DNA from: a virus
Lineage: Duplodnaviria > Caudoviricetes
IMG/VR virus record: IMGVR_UViG_3300048893_000109
Coordinates: 1 to 43,014 of that record
Strand: one strand, 5' to 3'
DNA length: 43,014 bases
Positions within the stretch are counted from its first letter, which is position 1; each line of letters opens with the position of its first letter. The position numbers were made by a program, and so were the translations under genes. Shown here one piece after another: positions 20,369 through 28,569 of the stretch. The notes under the pieces are model-generated. The model did no database searches. It was not told where the DNA came from and saw only the letters and a list, made by a program, of their open reading frames with translations.

Positions 20369-20400
20369 TTGCATATTGGGCGTACGACTGTATAGTACGC
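20369..20400 (+). promoter_or_regulatory. Sigma70-like promoter upstream of lysis genes with overlapping inverted repeat
   Basis: TTGCAT-16nt-TATAGT; GCGTAC...GTACGC inverted repeat (20380-20400) spans the -10. Confidence 0.5.
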
Positions 20401-20418
20401 TTGCGGCATAGGTGTAAA

Positions 20419-20697
20419 ATGGGACTCGGGGAAGAAGCTGGCAAGGCGTTGACTACAACAGTGGACGCTATGAAAGCGTCACCACTAGCAATTGCCCTCC
20501 TTATAGTTAACCTCGGTTTCATGGTGCTCTTGGGATGGGTGCTCCATGAGATCGGGGTTATTTCTAAAGAGCGCAATGACCAGCAAGGTGAGATGATCAA
20601 TACTTTGATCTCAACCTTCAAAGAATGCAAGATGGGTGCTACATCTGATTTGAAATTTCCAGCACTACCGGTTACATTCTCAAAGGACATCCCATGA
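20419..20697 (+). CDS. Single-TM membrane protein, putative holin
   Basis: Hydrophobic PLAIALLIVNLGFMVLLGWVL; overlaps endolysin start. Confidence 0.55.
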   Translation: MGLGEEAGKALTTTVDAMKASPLAIALLIVNLGFMVLLGWVLHEIGVISKERNDQQGEMINTLISTFKECKMGATSDLKFPALPVTFSKDIP

Positions 20698-21800
20698 CAA
20701 CCACTCTCACCGGTAAATGCTCGTGGTTCGGCGGTCCCGAAGATATGGGTGTTTCACCGAGCGAAGGGTTGGCTTTCATTAGCAGTGTTTCACAAGCACC
20801 GGAATTATTCCTTCCAAAACAACCTCCAAACACAACCGGTTTGGCTCGGCGGTTAGATCCATCTACATATTATATCGCTACTCGCTGGGACTATGCTCAG
20901 TATCCCAAATCTGAATTGTTGGATATGAAGTGCCTTGTCACTTCACCCAAGACCGGTAAATCCTTTGTCGCCGCTCCGGCTGACTGGGGACCACATGTTG
21001 ACACCGGTCGTGTTGCTGACTTATCACCGGGGTTGATGGATGCATTGGGGATCAAAACTGATGACGTAGTGGAAGTAACCTTCCCATATGACGAGGGCGA
21101 GAAAATGGTTGCGATTGCAATGTCCAGTGGTCATGGCAAGCTGGTGCGTGGCGCCAAAGGCTATTTAGATGAAGTAGACGAAGCACGCAAGGTTGTCGCA
21201 GCGGTCGCTGATTTCTATCGAGCGGCAGGAGTAACTGTCAATACTTTTAATGATGACACGTCCACTACTCAAAATATGAATCTTAAGACTATTGTGGACT
21301 GGCATAATCGTCAGCAGCGGGACTTAGATATTTCGGTACACTTTAATTGTTACCAGACCACATCCAAGCCTATGGGAACCGAAGTACTCTATGTCACGCA
21401 GTCGGATCTTGCGGCCCAAGTGGCCAAAGCAATGTCCGTATCTGGAGGATTCCCTAACCGGGGTGCTAAGAAACGAACTGATCTCTATTTCTTGAATAAC
21501 ACAGCCAAGCCAGCTATTCTACTTGAGGTCTGTTTTGTTGACTCTTCAGCGGATACTGCCAACTACCGCAACAACTTCAGTGCGATTTGCAAAGCAATCG
21601 CTGAAACTACGAGCGGAGTTGTCACACCAGTTCCTCCAGAGCCGTTGCCGCCTGAAGTTCCTGAGCCAGTACCACCGGCTGAACAAGTTGTCTCCATCTC
21701 GATAACTGCTCCTCCCGGTGTGATCGTGAATGTGACACAACAACAGACCGGTGGTGCTGGACATGATGTACTACTGCCTGCGAATCCTAACACGGTATGA
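20694..21800 (+). CDS. Endolysin: N-terminal DPBB/RlpA-like domain fused to Amidase_3 N-acetylmuramoyl-L-alanine amidase
   Basis: SSGHG...E...SVHFN...LLEVCFVD amidase motifs; N-terminal G.CSWFG...DWGP...RVADLSPG. Confidence 0.85.
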   Translation: MTTTLTGKCSWFGGPEDMGVSPSEGLAFISSVSQAPELFLPKQPPNTTGLARRLDPSTYYIATRWDYAQYPKSELLDMKCLVTSPKTGKSFVAAPADWGPHVDTGRVADLSPGLMDALGIKTDDVVEVTFPYDEGEKMVAIAMSSGHGKLVRGAKGYLDEVDEARKVVAAVADFYRAAGVTVNTFNDDTSTTQNMNLKTIVDWHNRQQRDLDISVHFNCYQTTSKPMGTEVLYVTQSDLAAQVAKAMSVSGGFPNRGAKKRTDLYFLNNTAKPAILLEVCFVDSSADTANYRNNFSAICKAIAETTSGVVTPVPPEPLPPEVPEPVPPAEQVVSISITAPPGVIVNVTQQQTGGAGHDVLLPANPNTV

Positions 21801-22315
21801 TCACTACCAATGTCATCACACTGAATGTTGCTGGCGCGCTTGAATTAATCCTCAAGCCACCAGAACCGCAACCTACCGGTAAAGTTATCGTCACAGTCAA
21901 GTACGGTAGCTTTATTGCTAGAGCAGAGGGCTCTCACATGGCGTACACACTGCCGGTTGATCATTACATTGAAGTTGAAGTCAGCTATGAAGATGCTTTC
22001 GGCAATGTTGCCGAGGTTGATGGTGCTGTGTCGTGGGGTACGAGCAACGATCAAATATTGACGATTGCTGTTGACCCCGATAACTCGATGAAGTGCACAA
22101 TCACACCCACCGGTAAAGCAGGCAGTGCTCAAGTCACCGCTACTGCGGACGCTGATATGGGGACCGGTGTGACTTCACTGGTAACCTTGCTTGATGTCAC
22201 TACTGTTGCTGGTGCTGCAGTTGCCGGAGTTATTCAAGTGGTTGGATCTCCCATACCGGTTAATTCACCAGCATCCACTGCTACAGATCCCGGATCTGCT
22301 CCGCCTCCCCAATAA
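21797..22315 (+). CDS. Ig-like domain protein
   Basis: DAFGN......VSW.TSN......GSAQVTATAD pattern; alternative start MAYTLP at 21938. Confidence 0.6.
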   Translation: MITTNVITLNVAGALELILKPPEPQPTGKVIVTVKYGSFIARAEGSHMAYTLPVDHYIEVEVSYEDAFGNVAEVDGAVSWGTSNDQILTIAVDPDNSMKCTITPTGKAGSAQVTATADADMGTGVTSLVTLLDVTTVAGAAVAGVIQVVGSPIPVNSPASTATDPGSAPPPQ

Positions 22316-22322
22316 CAACTAT

Positions 22323-22772
22323 ATGATGCCTGATCTGTCGAGTCATCGAGCACCAGCAACTATGAGGAATGGGTCAACCATTGTTGACGAAGCGGGCAAG
22401 ACTGCCCGCTCTCTTTTGGCTGATCTTAAGCCGCAACCGGCTTTGCTTGCAATTACGATAATTGTAGCGCTGACATTGGTGTTGATGATTTACTCTCAAC
22501 ACGATACACGCATTCTCCAGAGTCAATACGAAGAAGCAGCACTCACGCATATGGGCCATGCGCAAGATCTGCTCGCTAAGTGTGTTCAGCCTGAGCAGTT
22601 CTCTACTATTGTTAGTATGCTGCGCGGTGGAAGCAACAATCGTCAAGCAGAATTTAGATTACAATCAGAATTCAGTTCAGAACCTTTTTATCTACCAGAG
22701 TTGCTTCCTACTCAACCTGAAGTTAAAACTGAGATCCCATTGGTTCAGGAACCACCACGTGATGATAATTAA
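22323..22772 (+). CDS. Single-TM membrane protein, paralog of 20419..20697
   Basis: DEAGKTARSLLADLKPQPALLA vs EEAGKALTTTVDAMKASPLAIA; TM segment; start uncertain. Confidence 0.55.
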   Translation: MMPDLSSHRAPATMRNGSTIVDEAGKTARSLLADLKPQPALLAITIIVALTLVLMIYSQHDTRILQSQYEEAALTHMGHAQDLLAKCVQPEQFSTIVSMLRGGSNNRQAEFRLQSEFSSEPFYLPELLPTQPEVKTEIPLVQEPPRDDN

Positions 22773-22850
22773 TCTATTTAATGTGCCCTAGAGTGGTTAA
22801 GGGCTGTTTTAAGGTTTTTGACCGGGGCATGACTGTTTTTATGCCCCAGC

Positions 22851-22870
22851 AAACCTATCGCCCATGCGTT
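22851..22870 (+). repeat. 20-bp direct repeat copy 1 (AAACCTATCGCCCATGCGTT)
   Basis: Exact match to 35525-35544. Confidence 0.9.
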
Positions 22871-22967
22871 ATTTTTGGGTGCCCGCTAGGGCAGTTAGGC
22901 AAAAATTTTGGCGCACGTAGCCTACCTTAAAACCCCATGGCTGGGGTTTGGTATTTAGGTAGGTAGG
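22859..22967. other. TC/GA-free tract B (109 nt, intergenic)
   Basis: No TC or GA between TC at 22858-22859 and GA at 22967-22968. Confidence 0.85.
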
Positions 22968-23030
22968 AATGGGCCATTTTCCCGACACTCAGGCTCAAAA
23001 CGGGGGTAACGACCCGGTTTTCCTACCGAT

Positions 23031-23078
23031 GGTCGGGAGGCGGGTGGAGGCGCCCTTCCAGAGTACCGCCTCCCGGCT
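23031..23078 (+). promoter_or_regulatory. Strong RNA hairpin in leader of gene 23102
   Basis: GGTCGGGAGGCGG pairs with CCGCCTCCCGGCT (two G-U pairs on + strand), inner TGGAGG/CTTCCA stem. Confidence 0.55.
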
Positions 23079-23101
23079 GACTCTTCTCAGGAGAAACGAA
23101 C

Positions 23102-23539
23102 ATGGCTGGTTACAAGAGTAACTATTTGTCCAATGCGGTGCTCGCATTATTCTTCAACGGTACCCCAATTCCGGGTATCGCTGACAACGCTGCATCTGGT
23201 GCATTGACGACATTATATGTTGCTCTGCACACCGCTGACCCTGGAGTAGGTGGAAGCCAGACCACCAATGAAGTTACATATGGTGGGTATGCTCGGGTCG
23301 GCGTAGCTCGAACTTCTGGTGGATGGGTATTAAGCGGTGAGCAGATTGTTCCTGGTGCGGATATCACGTGGCCGGTTGGAACGTCTGGTAGTGGTACGGC
23401 GCCATTCTTTTCTATTGGCACAGCATCCACAGGAGCAGGACATATCATGTATGCTGGTCCTCTAACTCCAGCCGCTGTTCTCGGCAACGGCCAACAACCG
23501 GTTATGCTCGCGGCTGGGTCTGCTATCACTGAAGGATAA
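23102..23539 (+). CDS. Virion structural/tail-fibre-associated protein
   Basis: SNYL...LYVALHTADPG...EV.YGGYARV motif widespread in phage structural proteins; RBS AGGAG. Confidence 0.75.
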   Translation: MAGYKSNYLSNAVLALFFNGTPIPGIADNAASGALTTLYVALHTADPGVGGSQTTNEVTYGGYARVGVARTSGGWVLSGEQIVPGADITWPVGTSGSGTAPFFSIGTASTGAGHIMYAGPLTPAAVLGNGQQPVMLAAGSAITEG

Positions 23540-23544
23540 GCCTC

Positions 23545-24816
23545 GTGGCTCTTGTCCAAGGGACTATTCATCAAAACGGCGGCACGTCGAGTACGACGTG
23601 CGTCGGTACTCTTGGATCTCCAGTTGGTGCTGGGAATGCAGTCTGCATCGTATTCTCTGGTGGTTTTGCAGTATCTGATCTTGTTGGTGTCCAAGACGAC
23701 AAAGGCAACACGTATAATCTAACAGACGCTATTGAAGATTTTACTGGAGGTGGTTACGCTGGAGGAGCGTATTATTTAGAGAACGTAACTGGTGGGCCAA
23801 CAACATTCACCGGAACGTTAGGCACTGCTAAATCATTCGTTACGATTATTATAGAAGAATTTAGTGGAATAGCTACGTCTTCTGCACTAGATGGACATGC
23901 TGCTCTACACAGTTCTGCTCCAGGCACTACTGATGGAGCAACATCTGGCACTTTTACTACAACAACAGACGGTGATTTAATTTGGGGTTGTGGTATTTCA
24001 CTTGATGGGCAAGGAATGTCTCCAGGGACCGGATTTACAGCCGGTTCTGTTAATAACGTCGTGAATACGTTTACAACAGAAAATCAAATCCAGACAACTC
24101 ACAGTAGTTCTTCTCAAACTACCTTTACTCCTGGTGCTGTTACTACCGCTCTTGTGTGGGCAATCGCACTTAAATCTGCATCTACCCCTGATGATAGCAC
24201 AGGTGAAGCGGATGGTCGTGCCACAGCACAAGGCGACAGCAAAACCAAGTCTCTTGCTACCGGCACAGCGAACGGACTAGCGACTGCTACCGGTGCTGGG
24301 AAGACTCTGACCAAGGCTACCGGTCAAGCTTCGGGTCTTGCCACTGCTACAGGTGTTGGAAAAACTCTTATCAAAGTTACAGGGCAAGCATCAGGTCTTG
24401 CAACTGCTCAAGCTATCGGAAAGACCCTTGCTAAGACCACCGGTCAAGCGGCTGGTCATGCATCCGCTGTTGGCACTAGTCAAGAAGAATTGCCGGTTGG
24501 AACTGCAAACGGTCATGCGACTGCCACCGGTCAAAGCAAAACTATTCATTACACCGTAGGTCATGCGGCTGGTCATGCCTCAGTCATGGGGGCAACTCCT
24601 CCACCGGTTAATCTCGGATATTGGCTTTCACCTAGTATTCCGTATCCTATCACTCCACCGGGGACAGAGTACATTACTTCAGCCGATGGAAATTTACAAC
24701 CGGGAGCCGTGATGCAATCTCGACTGAAGGCTCAACGTTTGGCTAACGAGACAACGCCTAAAACTCTTGGACGATCTCGTGGTCCAACTCGAACTCAGTT
24801 TAACCGACCTCTGTAA
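23545..24816 (+). CDS. Structural protein with 20-aa Ala/Thr/Gly repeats
   Basis: Beta-rich N-terminal domain, then TGQASGLATA repeats. Confidence 0.7.
   Translation: MALVQGTIHQNGGTSSTTCVGTLGSPVGAGNAVCIVFSGGFAVSDLVGVQDDKGNTYNLTDAIEDFTGGGYAGGAYYLENVTGGPTTFTGTLGTAKSFVTIIIEEFSGIATSSALDGHAALHSSAPGTTDGATSGTFTTTTDGDLIWGCGISLDGQGMSPGTGFTAGSVNNVVNTFTTENQIQTTHSSSSQTTFTPGAVTTALVWAIALKSASTPDDSTGEADGRATAQGDSKTKSLATGTANGLATATGAGKTLTKATGQASGLATATGVGKTLIKVTGQASGLATAQAIGKTLAKTTGQAAGHASAVGTSQEELPVGTANGHATATGQSKTIHYTVGHAAGHASVMGATPPPVNLGYWLSPSIPYPITPPGTEYITSADGNLQPGAVMQSRLKAQRLANETTPKTLGRSRGPTRTQFNRPL
24199..24590 (+). repeat. About 60-nt period coding tandem repeat (6-7 units)
   Basis: Units at 24259, 24319, 24379, 24439 etc. 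encoding TG.A.G.ATA.G.GKT. Confidence 0.75.
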
Positions 24817-24827
24817 GGAGAGTATCT

Positions 24828-27320
24828 ATGACCCGTTCTATCACACACGTCGTTCTCATGGCTGCGGCTCTTTTGTCTGGTTGGACATCAGAAACGAAAG
24901 CAGCGTGCACCGGTAGTGGGCAATCATATTCTTGCGCCGCAGGCACAACCTCTACTGAACTTAGGTCAACGGTCAATAGTGCTGCTGATGGAGCAACATT
25001 GACTTTTGCTCCTGGTGCCTATAGCTGGAACAGCTTTGTCAGTTTCAGCAATACGAAAGGAGTCACACTACTTTGCGCGATAGAGAGTCGCTGCATTGTC
25101 AGCACTAGTGGAACAGTTCTAGGCATGAATGGTACCCTATCGGGTACGAACAATAAGCTGTACCGTATCTCCGGGTTCACTTTTACCGGTGGTGGTGGAT
25201 TCATAGTATGGTTCTATGGTCCTGGGGTAATGTCTCAAGTACGAGTTGACCATAACGCATTTAATGTCAATACCGGTAGCACCGCAGTCTTTTTCGGTGA
25301 AAACACAACTATCGCTAACTTCTACGGAGTTCTCGATCACAATACATTATCAAGTGCTGGTAGTGTGATGCTGACGCAAGTTATTGGAGGCATGAATAAT
25401 TCACCTCCACCGTCACCTTTCGGTACGGCGAACAATTTGTTTGTAGAAGATAATGCGATCACTATCACCAAGATGACCAACAACGGATTTGGTTGCATGG
25501 ATTCTTGGGGTAGCGCTGCTATCGTTTGGCGGCATAATACTTCTCTTAACTGTCTAGTGACTGCGCATGGAGCACTCCATGCTGGAGGTCCACAAAACAT
25601 CGAACTCTACTCCAACCGGTTGCAAGGTGACAACAATACAACGACCCCTGACGGAACCCGATTGTTTCATCATCAGGGGTCAGGGTCGTTCATTGCCTTC
25701 GATAATTTATTCACTGCTACCAAAGGCAAGAGTTCTGATGCCTTGGCAGTGATGTATTATCGTTCAGCCTCTTCCACCGCTAGCGGTGATCTGTGTGACG
25801 GTAATAATTCCAAAGATGGTAACCGTTCGCCCATTACGACCTATCGCGGTTATCCGTGCTGGCATCAACCGGGGCGTGATTTCCGTGCTAATCTTCTGCC
25901 GATATACTCCTGGAATAACCGGTGGTCAGATACAAACGGCAGAGTCGATCTGAATATGGAAGATTACGGTGGTAACTTTCAAGCTCAGTTTGTACAGGAT
26001 CGGGATTACTATATTGGGGTTGGTCCACAAACCTCACAAACAGTTCCCTTCTCTGGGGCAACTGATATGGGTTACGGTCTATTGAATCTACGTCCTACAA
26101 GCTGTTCCATTGGACGCACTGATGCAGGTGACGCAGGCAAAGGAGGTGTCGGGTATTACGCAACGGACACTTCTACACTTTACCGGTGTGCTTCAGCTAA
26201 CACGTGGATCGCGCACTATACTCCCTACACGTACCCTCATCCGTTAACTGCTAACGACACCCCTCCACCACCGGTTGACACGACGAAACCGTCTACTCCG
26301 GCAGGACTAATCGCAACTGCCACATCATCAACAGCGATCAATTTGTCCTGGACTATTAGCACTGACGATGTCGCAGTAACCGGTTATCAAGTCAGTCGAG
26401 GTGGTTCTCTTGTAGCTACGGTGCCATCCAGCACTTATCAAGACACTGGGTTGACACCAAGCACCAGTTATTCATATACTGTTGTTGCGATGGATGCAGC
26501 GGGTAATCTTAGCGATCCATCTACCGTAGCCATGACTACTACTGAAGCTGACTCTGGTGGAGGTGGGAACAGTGTCTTCCCTGGGGCAATATTTGATTGT
26601 TCTCCACGCACCGGCCCTGTTCCGCTGATTGTGACGTGTACAGACGAATCAACCGGTGTGCCGACAGCATGGGCGTGGAATTTTGGTGATAGCGGAACTA
26701 GTACTGACAGCACAGAAACAAACCCGGCGCACACCTACACCCAACCGGGTACCTATGCGGTTAGATCAACAGTATCTAACTCATCTGGTGTGGCAAGTGC
26801 AACGAAGAATAGTTACGTGGTGACTAGTAAAGCTTTGCCATCTAGCATCACGTTATTGACTACTCAAACTCCAGATAATACAAATCAAATAGATTGCACT
26901 GGAGCATCCTGTAGCTATGAACTGGGAGCAAAGTTCCAAAGCACCGTAGCTGGAAATATCACCGGTATACGGTTTTGGAAAGCTAGCAACGAGAGAGACA
27001 CACATACCGGTCGTCTTTGGAGTGCGACTGGAACGCAGTTAGCAACAGGAACATTTAGCAATGAAACAGCTTCTGGCTGGCAAACTCTGACGCTGAATAC
27101 ACCGGTTGCTATCACCGCTAACACGACGTATGTCGTGACGGTCAATACCGGTGCGAATTATTACGTGATCTCCAATACTGGGTTTGCGACACAGATCACA
27201 AATCAAAGTCTCCAATCCGTAGTTGGTACCAATGGAGTCTTTGGACCGGCTGGTAGTTTCCCAACTATGAACTGGATGTCAGCGAACTACTTTAGAGACG
27301 TGGTGTTCCAGCCCAACTAA
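24828..27320 (+). CDS. Putative secreted multidomain protein: beta-helix (pectin-lyase-like) + FN3 + PKD + DUF4082-like
   Basis: N-terminal hydrophobic leader; FVEDN/WRHN beta-helix rungs; DTTKPSTP...LSW...DDVAVTGY (FN3); PTAWAWNFGD...NP.HTY..PGTY (PKD); YELG.KF...ITGIRF...NYFRDVVF (DUF4082). Confidence 0.75.
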   Translation: MTRSITHVVLMAAALLSGWTSETKAACTGSGQSYSCAAGTTSTELRSTVNSAADGATLTFAPGAYSWNSFVSFSNTKGVTLLCAIESRCIVSTSGTVLGMNGTLSGTNNKLYRISGFTFTGGGGFIVWFYGPGVMSQVRVDHNAFNVNTGSTAVFFGENTTIANFYGVLDHNTLSSAGSVMLTQVIGGMNNSPPPSPFGTANNLFVEDNAITITKMTNNGFGCMDSWGSAAIVWRHNTSLNCLVTAHGALHAGGPQNIELYSNRLQGDNNTTTPDGTRLFHHQGSGSFIAFDNLFTATKGKSSDALAVMYYRSASSTASGDLCDGNNSKDGNRSPITTYRGYPCWHQPGRDFRANLLPIYSWNNRWSDTNGRVDLNMEDYGGNFQAQFVQDRDYYIGVGPQTSQTVPFSGATDMGYGLLNLRPTSCSIGRTDAGDAGKGGVGYYATDTSTLYRCASANTWIAHYTPYTYPHPLTANDTPPPPVDTTKPSTPAGLIATATSSTAINLSWTISTDDVAVTGYQVSRGGSLVATVPSSTYQDTGLTPSTSYSYTVVAMDAAGNLSDPSTVAMTTTEADSGGGGNSVFPGAIFDCSPRTGPVPLIVTCTDESTGVPTAWAWNFGDSGTSTDSTETNPAHTYTQPGTYAVRSTVSNSSGVASATKNSYVVTSKALPSSITLLTTQTPDNTNQIDCTGASCSYELGAKFQSTVAGNITGIRFWKASNERDTHTGRLWSATGTQLATGTFSNETASGWQTLTLNTPVAITANTTYVVTVNTGANYYVISNTGFATQITNQSLQSVVGTNGVFGPAGSFPTMNWMSANYFRDVVFQPN

Positions 27321-27337
27321 CAGAAATCAAGATGTTA

Positions 27338-27360
27338 CCCCACGGCTCAATGCCGTGGGG
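27338..27360. terminator. Hairpin between convergent late and early modules, probable terminator
   Basis: CCCCACGGC-TCAAT-GCCGTGGGG perfect 9-bp stem; weak U tracts. Confidence 0.6.
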
Positions 27361-27369
27361 ATTCGCTGT

Positions 27370-27828
27370 CTAGGGCACTGGCGTTGGTGTGGGGTAAAAA
27401 TTCATAAACCGCCCTGTATTCGATCGAGGGTTAGGTTTAACTTGAAACTCTTCTAGCTGCACAGTATCATTGTCTCGCTTGATATTTGCTGTGCATAAGA
27501 ATTGCTCTCCAGTTTTAAATTCGATTGTTACTAACACGATTTCTATACGATCAGGGTGCTCGCTAGGTGGTATATCTTTGTCTTCATCTTCGACACACAC
27601 TGTCCATGCTTCCGAGACATAGATTACATAATCAGGCATAGCCTCAGCAGTTAATTGACGTAAGCGGATACTCGCATGATCCTTTTCGGTGGTATTATTA
27701 AAAATCACCGGTAGGCTTACATGAAAGTCATCGTTAACTAGAATGAAGATAGTATCCATTTCCTTTTCTCGGTTGAAGAATCGTGTGATGATAGCTAGTT
27801 CTTCTTGAACGATTTCTTGTGGGGTCAT
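27370..27828 (-). CDS. Hypothetical protein
   Basis: RBS GAGGAGG; SEAW...P..HPDR.E motif seen in phage hypotheticals. Confidence 0.75.
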   Translation of the reverse strand: MTPQEIVQEELAIITRFFNREKEMDTIFILVNDDFHVSLPVIFNNTTEKDHASIRLRQLTAEAMPDYVIYVSEAWTVCVEDEDKDIPPSEHPDRIEIVLVTIEFKTGEQFLCTANIKRDNDTVQLEEFQVKPNPRSNTGRFMNFYPTPTPVP

Positions 27829-27953
27829 TTAATCCTCCTCTATCCATTCTGCACCGCATCGAGTGCAGGTTAGGAAGTAACTGTGATAGATGGGGTACCG
27901 CACTCTCCAGTATTTTCTATGGAAAGTGCGGCAAATTAGCCTACGCCACCAAG

Positions 27954-28244
27954 TCATCTTTTAAGAAGGGCACGGAGGCTAATTTTGGTTTCGCCGCACG
28001 CCAATAGCACAGCAGCAACCGTGGCGAATTGCGGTCGTCTTGTTTCACCATTTATCCAGTTGTAGATTGTAGCGTGCGATACGCCACTACGCCGTGAAAC
28101 GGCAGCAATCCCCCCTTGTACCAACACAAGAGTTCTCACATAATCGATAATGGGGTCCTTATCGATAAAGTTATACGATGTGTATTGTGTGATTGTGCGG
28201 TGTGTGGTAGGCTTGGTCTGAAACGGTAACACTCGTGCTGACAT
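27954..28244 (-). CDS. Cro/CI-like HTH regulator
   Basis: AAVSRRSGVSHATIYNWING.TRRP helix-turn-helix; RBS AAGGAGG. Confidence 0.8.
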   Translation of the reverse strand: MSARVLPFQTKPTTHRTITQYTSYNFIDKDPIIDYVRTLVLVQGGIAAVSRRSGVSHATIYNWINGETRRPQFATVAAVLLACGETKISLRALLKR

Positions 28245-28301
28245 TTGGTAGCCTCCTTTATGGCTACCAAATAGTTTACACGCAAACCCATAGATTGTAA
28301 A
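28243..28301 (-). promoter_or_regulatory. Promoter TTTACA-17-TAAACT followed by 11-bp inverted repeat covering RBS and start
   Basis: -35 at 28296-28301, -10 at 28273-28278; ATTTGGTAGCC-N8-GGCTACCAAAT at 28243-28272. Confidence 0.65.
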
Positions 28302-28308
28302 GGGTTAT

Positions 28309-28512
28309 TTACCATTCATAATTCGTGTAAAACCAAGAATGCCATTTTTGATAAAGATACCGCACACCGGCCCGAGTCATTTCTAACTCTCGCCCAATTT
28401 CATCCAATGTTCTCTTCTCAAGGTCTCTCCCACGTATAACCTCAAATACAATTTCAGGTCGCCGAGGGGTACCATGCGGGGTTCTCTGTTTTTTTGCGCA
28501 CACCTTTACCAT
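28309..28512 (-). CDS. Small HTH protein
   Basis: TLDEIGRELEMTRAGVRY resembles sigma region 4-type HTH; RBS AAGGAG. Confidence 0.6.
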   Translation of the reverse strand: MVKVCAKKQRTPHGTPRRPEIVFEVIRGRDLEKRTLDEIGRELEMTRAGVRYLYQKWHSWFYTNYEW

Positions 28513-28540
28513 AGTTACCGTGTCTCCTTACTTGTTAACC

Positions 28541-28569
28541 AATATAGTGTAAATTTTAATGGATTACAA
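28541..28569 (-). promoter_or_regulatory. Possible promoter TTGTAA-17-TATATT
   Basis: Intergenic, upstream of 28512 start. Confidence 0.4.

Noticed and set aside
24199-24590. CRISPR-like periodic repeat
   Set aside because: 60-nt degenerate in-frame coding repeat without unique spacers
3253-27145. Numerous - strand ORFs within the structural module (e.g. 3253..3771, 18216..18668, 23122..23694) and + strand ORFs within the replication module
   Set aside because: Fully overlapped by well-supported genes on the opposite strand; no RBS or motifs
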